From assembly GCF_009914755.1 (NCBI RefSeq), contig NC_060931.1: DNA of 64,000 bases; one strand, written 5' to 3'. The notes below the pieces were generated by a model that worked only from the letters and a program-made list of their open reading frames with translations, searched no databases and was not told the DNA's origin. Every line of letters starts with the position of its first letter. The stretch's first letter is position 1. This document shows positions 49,376 through 64,000 of the stretch, piece by piece. The translations under genes and the position numbers were made by a program. The DNA comes from the human T2T-CHM13v2.0 reference genome, Homo sapiens.

Positions 49376-49497
49376 GATATAATCACAGAAGTGAACTTCA
49401 TGAATGGAAATGGAACAAGTTATTTTCCAAAAGGCAAACTATTTCATACTCCTACGTGAACATCCTTTTACCACAGCCTCAGCCACAGTACGTCTAA
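49376..49497 (+). CDS. PMPCB: Candidate alternative terminal coding exon of PMPCB (antisense within DNAJC2 intron 3)
   Basis: Acceptor ttctttcttcttag|GA; phase matches the exon 12 donor; 39 open codons to TAA. Confidence 0.55.
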
Positions 49498-50732
49498 TTA
49501 TTTAAAATTTGTGATTATCGCTGGTGGTCAACAATTTTTTTGTTTTTCATCCTTTAACTGGAAAAAGGAGGGGCTGTCTCAGTTTTTCTTCTGACTCTGT
49601 GTGTCACTTACAATTAATAATGCTAGCTGTTAACATCTACATAGCAGTTGACATGTGCCAGGCCTGTTTACCAGTTAATCTTCTCCATGATCCTATGAGG
49701 AAAGTGCTATTGCTGTCTCCATTTCATAGATGAGGAAAATGAGGCACAGAGGAGACGTTATGTAGCCACTACCACTGCAACTTGCTCAAACTTCCGGCCA
49801 AGTCGGCTCTAGTCCAGACAGCCTGACTCCTCAGCCTGCGTCTGTATGCTGCCTCTCCTAATTCATTATGTTTATTAATAATTTTTCCCCGTTTTGTTAA
49901 CACTTATGTTTCAAAAACAGTCATCTTTATTTACATTGACTGATCATTTCTTTTGTAATTTCTTCTAGTACTTACAATAGTTCTAGTTTCATTAACATTT
50001 CCTATAGACTGAAAAAATTTTTTAATCTTTTTGGAATTTTAATATAGTCAAGAAAGTATCTAAACTTCTCATTTTTCAAAATCTTACTGTCATTTAATAA
50101 TCCTTCCCTTTTCCACTGATTTGTGACACTATAATAGTAAATTTTACAAGGGCTTGTTTTGGTTACTTATTCTTGCCCTGGGGTTATCTTTAAACTGACC
50201 ACAGCTTTCTAATATATTTGATCGTAACTTCCAAAAACTGTGTAATTTTTGCTTATTTGTCTTGCATCTAGTCACTTAACTCTCTTTTGCTTTTCTAGGC
50301 AGATCCTATATTATCTACAAATAATATATTTATTTCCTTCTTTCCAATAGTTGTCTCTTATTTAATAACTTAACTCACTGACCCAAACTCCCAAAATAGC
50401 ATAAAAAATAAAAAGCAGGCTGCTTCACCCCTGGATTTTAGGTAATAGCATTAATGCCACATAGCTAAAAGTTTGCTAGCTGTGGGCCTGAAACAGTTAT
50501 CAAAGTAGGGAATTAACTACATTTCTTTTCAAAATTCTTATCAAAACGGAATGGGTGTTAAACTGTATTCTATGTGCTTTCACTACCTACTCAGGAAATC
50601 ACATGGATTTAATATTATCTGAGCTATAATTTTGCTATATTAATATACTTCCTAAGTTGGATTCCTGAGAGAAACTCTATGTGTTCATGAACACTATTAT
50701 TCTTTTAGTGTACTATTAAATTGCATTTGTTA

Positions 50733-51325
<593 letters not shown>

Positions 51326-51329
51326 CACT

Positions 51330-52747
<1,418 letters not shown>

Positions 52748-53068
52748 GAATTTGCTATTATTTTTAACATTTTAACTGGTTTTTCTTTTTCATTATATTA
52801 ATAGGAATTGTTTGTAGGATTTTTTGGGCTCTCTTTGCTAGGTTTTGCATACTCAGATTACATTAAACTTTACAACTTAACAAAATGAATTATTCCAAAA
52901 CAGTTTATGATTAACCGATTCTCCAATTACAAAATAAAACACCAAGTTTATATTCAGCATTAGAATTTTTAATTCTTTAACACTTGAAACAATTCACCTG
53001 AAAAATTATCTGGGCCTAAAAATTGTTTTTAGGAGTAAATTCTTTGGTAACTTTAATGTTTTTCATCC

Positions 53069-53365
53069 TTTTTTTTTTGCGGGGGAGGGGATGGGGACAG
53101 GGTCTTACTATTGCTCAGGGTGGAGTGCAGTGGTGTGATCACGGCTCACTGCAGCCTTGACCTCCTGGGCTCAAGCACTATCTCAGCCTTCTGAGCAGCT
53201 GGGACCACAGGCACGCACCACTATGCCCAGCTAATTTTTGTATTTTTTGTAGAAATGGGGTTCTGCCATGTTGCCCAGGCTAGTCTTGAACTACAGAGCT
53301 CAAACAATCCACCCACCTCAGCCTTCTAAAGTGCTGGGATCAAAGGCATGAGCCACCATGATTAG
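53069..53365 (-). mobile_element. AluJ
   Basis: Diverged reverse Alu. Confidence 0.88.
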
Positions 53366-53384
53366 CTCTTTCTGTATTTCACTA

Positions 53385-53610
53385 CGTTTTGAGTATCCTG
53401 TATCTGAAATGCTTGGGACCAAAAGTGTTCGGGATTTCAAATTTTTTTAGATTTTGGAATATCTGCATTATACTTACTGGGTGAGCATCCATTCCAAATC
53501 TGAAAAGCCAAAATCCTCCAGTGAACATTTCCTTTGAAGTGTCATGCTGGCACTCAGAATTTGGAGCATTTTGGACTTTGGAGTTTTGGATTAGGGATGC
53601 TCAACTTGTA
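53385..53610. mobile_element. Tigger4/Zombi-like MITE
   Basis: Inverted ends ttgagtatcc / ggatgctcaac; aaatgcttgggacc motif. Confidence 0.75.
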
Positions 53611-54392
53611 TTTGTTTATTCTTCTTATAAAACCCAGTTTGGGATACTGTCTTATTTATTTTCTTCCTACATCTTCCTTTGTGCTATTCTTTTAAACCTC
53701 TGAATTGAATTTCCACCTTATCTTTTCCCTCTTTTGAAAAAAGTAACAGAATAGGTTAAGGCAATGAATTTACTTAAGGTACAGATTTAGCTGCCAGTCC
53801 TTAAGTTTTGATAAAGCAGTAATCTTACTTTTGTGGAAAAAAAGTCTATTAGCATAATTTTTATTTCTGTCTAGGCTCAAAAGAATATATTTAATTTCCA
53901 AGTGACTGGTATTTTTGGTTTGTTTAATCATATCTGTCTGATTCAGCGGAGATAAAACGTAGATAAAATAAATGCCCAGATTTTAAGCATTCATTAAGTT
54001 CAGTGAGTTCTGACAATCATATACACTTATGTAACTACTATCCAAAGGAAAATATAGGCCGTTTCCATCATCCAAAAAGTTCCCTTGTACCCTTTTCCAC
54101 TGGGCTCCCATCCTCTACCAGCTGAGGCAACCGTTTTCTGATGCCTGTCACCACTTTTGCATGTTCTTGAGCTTCAAGTAGATGTAACTTACAGTATGCC
54201 TATGTCTGGCTTCTTTTACTCATGGTTTGAGATTCATCCATGTTTTTCTGTGTATTGGCAATTTGTTCTTTTAAAAATTGCTGATTAGTATTCCACTGCA
54301 CCAAAATATATAGCAGTTTGCTTATCTATTTCCATGTTATTAAATATTTGGGTGATTTCCAGTTTCTGGACATTGTGAATAGGCTGTTGTGA

Positions 54393-55033
<641 letters not shown>

Positions 55034-55073
55034 GAAATCTTGAAAAAAAATTTTTTTAATTAAAAAAAAAAAA

Positions 55074-55192
55074 GAGAGACAAGGTCTTGCTATGTTGTCC
55101 AGGTTGGTCTTGAACTCCTGAGCTCAAGTGATCCTCCAGCCTTAGTCTCCCACAGTGCTAGGATTAACAGGGATGAGCCACCATGCTTGGCC
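55074..55192 (-). mobile_element. FLAM monomer
   Basis: Single reverse arm. Confidence 0.8.
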
Positions 55193-55282
55193 TATAGAAA
55201 TCTTTTCATGAGCATAATAAAATTATTTATTTCAACATATACTGCAAGGGTTCAGAAACAGTGACAAATATTTTTGGTATTT

Positions 55283-55590
<308 letters not shown>

Positions 55591-55960
55591 TAATTAATTT
55601 TCATTACTGACATTCAAAATATACTCAACAAAAATAAAACTTTGCTTGTAATATGAAGCAAGCATTCAAAGGACATCAAATGGTACCAGATTTACATTTT
55701 TATTAGGTTTGTGCTAATAATTATAGATTTGCAAACAGTAACTTTGCATTTTAACTTTTAGATAGATTTTCAGAAAGCAATGAGTAGCAACTGTGTTTTA
55801 CAGTGACAGAGGTGAGAGAATGACAGTTTCTTTCTAAATAAAGACTGACGGAATATTCCACAAGGGTGGTAGAGAGTAAGTTAGAATTACCCTTATTGTT
55901 AACAATCTCTACACTGGTGCTGCAAAATTTTTGGCTAGAGAATACATATTCAAAAGCTGA

Positions 55961-56287
<327 letters not shown>

Positions 56288-56289
56288 TA

Positions 56290-56618
<329 letters not shown>

Positions 56619-56745
56619 GACAGTGGATTTAACAGAAGCATATGAATGCTTCTTTTACAATTTATTGCACATTTTTAATCTTCTGAGAAAGAATTCTTTC
56701 ACCTTAAAACACAAACTATTCTCACAGTTCTATTATCAATTCTAA

Positions 56746-57171
<426 letters not shown>

Positions 57172-58179
57172 TAACTATTCACATGCATTACCATATGCTT
57201 TGTCTAGACTCATGCCAGCCTTTAAACAAATCCAGTTTAAAATAATCTGATAAATTCCTTCACTTTGTTAAAAAATATTTCCTGTGATTTTCCTAAATGT
57301 AAGCAGTAATGGGGACGATTTTGAGTTCATCTACTATGCTAAGTATTGACTAATAATTTTTACCACAGGCATTCTTATTCAGTCATCTTCCTCCACATAT
57401 AATACTTCCTCTTCTTGACAGGCCCTGACTCCCTGCTCCTTTTCCATGTGGCCACAATCTTACCCTCTCTGACCTCAATATCCATTCTCTAGAGTGGAGG
57501 GCAGAACATTCTCCTAAGATAGAAAACTGATCACCTTCACCTCTTACCTCTTTCACTAAACTTTATTAATCAGTTGAACTGATCACGTGTATAAGAAATT
57601 ATGTCCACAGGATTGCAAAGCATAGGACATTTAGGAGCATTAAGGGATGGTGTTTTATAAGGCATATGAAGACTGGGGTCCCAACATTACCCTCTCCCAT
57701 GCCAAATTATAACCTTGTCAATGAAAACAACAATAAAACATCAGACAACTTTTCTTGGACAGAAGACAGGGTGATATCTACAAAGGTGTGACCTAAGATT
57801 ACAAAATAACGTAAAAAAAAAACCAAAAACCAAAAAACAATAAAAAGGCAGTATCCACTAAGTGCAGCTGCTATACTTCTAAAGAGAGGTGAAGTATTAT
57901 TTTTTAAAAGCTTGCCATTGGAGGAGTATTTTGTATCCACACACACACACCCATCCTAATTTCTTATCCCTAATGGGAAAGTCTATATGTAAAATGGATT
58001 GCTTTCTTCTGATTCTGAAGGCAGGGGAGACCGTGGTTTTTTGCTTGTTATGACAATATAACACATGCTGTTAAATGTAGTTATGGCTGCAGACTATGAT
58101 ACTGTATATCTTTTAAAAAGCATAGCCAGCCTGTTCCTATACAAGATATTTGATTATTTCAAAATAACTAAGTACTTAC

Positions 58180-58255
58180 GAGCTGCTTTGATCTGTCTCT
58201 GTGTAGCCTTGTATCTCACATGGCCAAGTCCAAGAACTGCATAATGATCTTGGTT
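58180..58255 (-). CDS. DNAJC2: DNAJC2 exon 3 (start of J domain)
   Basis: [25 protein letters not shown]; donor C|gtaagt. Confidence 0.96.
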
Positions 58256-58428
58256 CTGGAAAAAAAACACAAAAGGGAGTCAAATTTGAAATGAAGCCAA
58301 TATATTCCATCCCTTGTGTTCTGGTACCTTAATAAGCATTTCCCAAAGTGACATTTCATCAGGAGTCCAGTAAGAGGTTCTGTATAAACCAGGGTCTATG
58401 GTCAGGTAAGGTTGAGAAATGTGGATTA

Positions 58429-59401
<973 letters not shown>

Positions 59402-60047
59402 CTATTATACAGCCTCCTTGATGATTTGTATGCACAAAGGCCTAAGAAAGGCTCTGAGAAGTCCTGTAATTAGATTTAAAAAATAAACAAACAGAAACCT
59501 GTAAAACCTAGCATTTTCCAAACTTACTTGACCAAAGACCCCTTTTTTCTCTTAGCACCTGTTGATAGCTTATGGCCATCCTATGGAACTTATGGCTACA
59601 TGTTCTTGTTTACTTATTATGTCACTGGAATATAAGCTGTGTGTAAGCAGTAATACTGTCTTGTTCAGTACAGTATCCTTGACACCTAGAACAGTATCTG
59701 ACATGGTGTTTGATCCATATTTGATGAATGAAAATAAACTGAACAAGTGAATGAACTCTGCTACCTTACTCTGATACAATCTACTTCTTTCTATACCAAA
59801 GACCTTCTCCCTCTTATAGATCTCAACACTCCCCAGTTCTGTCTTTTCCCGACTCTGCCTTCTCCTGAAGTTACTATCTTCTCTCATTTTCTTTACTACC
59901 CAGCTTTGAAAGAGTACTTTACACTTTGATCCTACTTCATCACTTCCTAATCACTCTTCATTCACTGTAATCTCTTGCCTTCCCGATCATTTTACTCAAA
60001 CTGCTTTCAATGAGGACACCGAAACTTTTAGTTTGCCAAATCCAATG

Positions 60048-60581
<534 letters not shown>

Positions 60582-62207
60582 TCTTTTTCCCTCTTGCTCC
60601 TCCCTTAGTTTCTGGAAGAATACGCTGCCTGATGTTTAGGAAGTATTTCTTCAAATAACAAAGTGTCTTTTTCTTTGTTTTCTTTCTACTTCTGTCACCC
60701 TTCTTAGTATCTTCTGCTGTTTTTCCTCCTCTTCCTACCCCTTAAATATCCATGCTCCCCAATGTTGTCTTTTTCTTTTAAAATGGATGAGGTGGTGGGA
60801 GAATCAGCTAACACTTTCTGAGTGCTTACTTTTCTAAATGTTTTATACATATGCTTTAGCTTATTTAGTCCTCTAAACAACCAATGACATAGGAACTCTT
60901 ATTATCCATTATTTGTTTGGCATTTATCATGCAGCAAGTACTAACTTAAGTGCTTTATAAGCATCCTTTTATTAATCCTCAAGGTAAACCTTTGAGCTGT
61001 TAACAATCTCACTGTAGCAACAAGGGAAATGAGGTACACACATATCTGGGAACTTTCCCAAGGTCGAAGTGCACCAAATGGCAGAACCAGATTTGAATTC
61101 AGGCACTCCAATTCCACAGCATACGCATTTAACTATTATACAAGTACCTACTAAAGCATTATCTATTTGTTTATACTTTTGTCCCTTGCTGTTGTCATTC
61201 AATTCCTCACAGCAACCACCACTATGTGCCAATGACTTCAAAAAGTCTTTGGCTGTAACCTCTTTTTGGAGTCATAGACCAATTTCTAACCATCTACTAG
61301 ACAGCTTCACCACTATGGTACCAAAACCTCAGTCTTCACATAGTCAAACTTGGACACAAACAGCACCTCCCACAAACATTCTTATCCTCATCCCAGCATT
61401 GGTTACTGACCACACACTCTAGCAGGTCACTCAAGCGCTAATGCTGGGAAGGACCTCTGAATACTTCTCTTTGTCTTGTGCCACACAGCCAGGGTCACCA
61501 AAGCCTGTTAATGCTACCTCCAAAAAAGGCAAATCTGACCCCTCTTCCTCAAAACCCAGCCACATAGTAAGTTCAAGGATTCAGTCACAGGTCTGCCTTA
61601 GTGCACTAGCCCTATAACAGTAAACTATTCACTTCCCCTCCAGTCCCTTGCCCCCTTTCAAGCAATTTCCTGTACTGCCAAGGGAATTACTTTTCTAAAA
61701 TTAGCTAAGAAACTTTTGATGGTATCTTACTGTCCCAAAAATAAATTTTAATTCCTTCTTTAGCATGGTATAAAAAGGACACAACAGAGTTTGGTCTAGT
61801 GTCCTTTTAAAGACACTAGATTTCTCATCACCATACCGCATGTACCCTATACGACTTATCAATTCCTCAAGAGGCACTACATATTCTTTTACTCCTTTGT
61901 GTCTTTGTATATCTTACTCCTTCTGCCCAGAATACTTTTCTCACTTCTCTGCTTCACTAATTGCTGCCTGTCCTTTTAAGACCGGTGCAAACATTATCTT
62001 TTCTGTGAACTCTTCCTGGATTTCTCCAGCAGAGACAGTATCTCATGGCTAGTGCTAATGCTCTCAAGACTTAGTAATAAACAGATGCTAAATCATAGTT
62101 ATCTTGCTGAATCATCTTAAAACATGTTTATTAATGGAAAACTCATAAGAAAATTGTCTATGTCTAACAAAGCATCTGACTGAACAAAATATTCAGATAT
62201 TAAATAC

Positions 62208-62398
62208 CTTCCAGTCTTTGGGATCAAGTGTTTTCAGCATGGGAAACTCTTCCAACTGCAATTCTTCATCTTCTGATTCCTCGGATAACTCTTTCTTATC
62301 CTCCAGTTCCTGAAAAGAGGCAGAAGCATTTCTGTTTCTCCTCTTAACAAAAGCTTCAAACCATCTTCCCACAGGTTCAACTTGACAGAGTGTAGAGG
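62208..62398 (-). CDS. DNAJC2: DNAJC2 exon 2
   Basis: [34 protein letters not shown]...[10 protein letters not shown]. Exons 2-17 total 1802 nt, needing a phase-1 exon 1 outside the window (64 nt would give the recalled 621 aa). Confidence 0.96.
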
Positions 62399-62751
62399 CT
62401 GTGATTGAAAGTGTTAAGAGAGGCTTCAGTGTATCGCATGGAATAAATATGTTTCAAGGCAATTAATTTTTTCAGGAAATAAAATCAAAACAGTGATACC
62501 AGCATATACTTTTAAAACCACCGACTACGAAAATAATTGCAGTCATCCAGTTTACATGAGGGTTAGCAAGAAATTATCCTTTCCTAGTATTAAAGAGTAT
62601 TTAATCAACCTCTTCCAGTTATCTGACAAAACAAAAAAAACTCAGTAATGTCAATGATAAATCAGTACTTTTTTGGGGATATGAGTAAGGTGAGGAACAG
62701 GAAGAAATGTTGCAAACTACTTTACTTTTAGACAAATTATTTATTTTTTTA

Positions 62752-63874
<1,123 letters not shown>

Positions 63875-64000
63875 TAGTGGAACAAGCTCTCAATCTGAAA
63901 CCAGACACTCTGGGTTTTAGACTAGGTCTGACAGTGGCTATGTGACCTGAAATGAATCAGGATGTCTTCACCTGTAAAATGGGAACAATACCTATTTATC

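Overview
Primate (recognised as human, chr7q22) genomic DNA, rich in Alu and L1. It contains three gene regions. (1) The CpG-island promoter and first exon of a DPY19L2-family copy on the minus strand, most likely the pseudogene DPY19L2P2. (2) The complete 13-exon PMPCB gene (mitochondrial processing peptidase beta) on the plus strand, CDS 17911-32722; my exon set sums to 1470 nt = 489 aa plus stop. (3) Exons 2-17 of DNAJC2 (MPP11/ZRF1, zuotin-like J protein) on the minus strand, convergent with PMPCB, with only 297 nt between the two stop codons; exon 1 lies beyond the window. I found no convincing wholly new biological system. The most interesting signals are a sense/antisense interlock between PMPCB and DNAJC2 (including an in-frame, L1-like alternative PMPCB last exon inside DNAJC2 intron 3 and a retainable last intron), a GC-AG intron right after the HXXEH exon, a MYB/RFX/NRF1 germline-type promoter module at the pseudogene, closely spaced inverted Alu clusters, and a piggyBac-type MER75B with an internal hairpin. 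Exon boundaries were read by hand from the sequence. Repeat boundaries are approximate, and family names come from recall rather than a database search.
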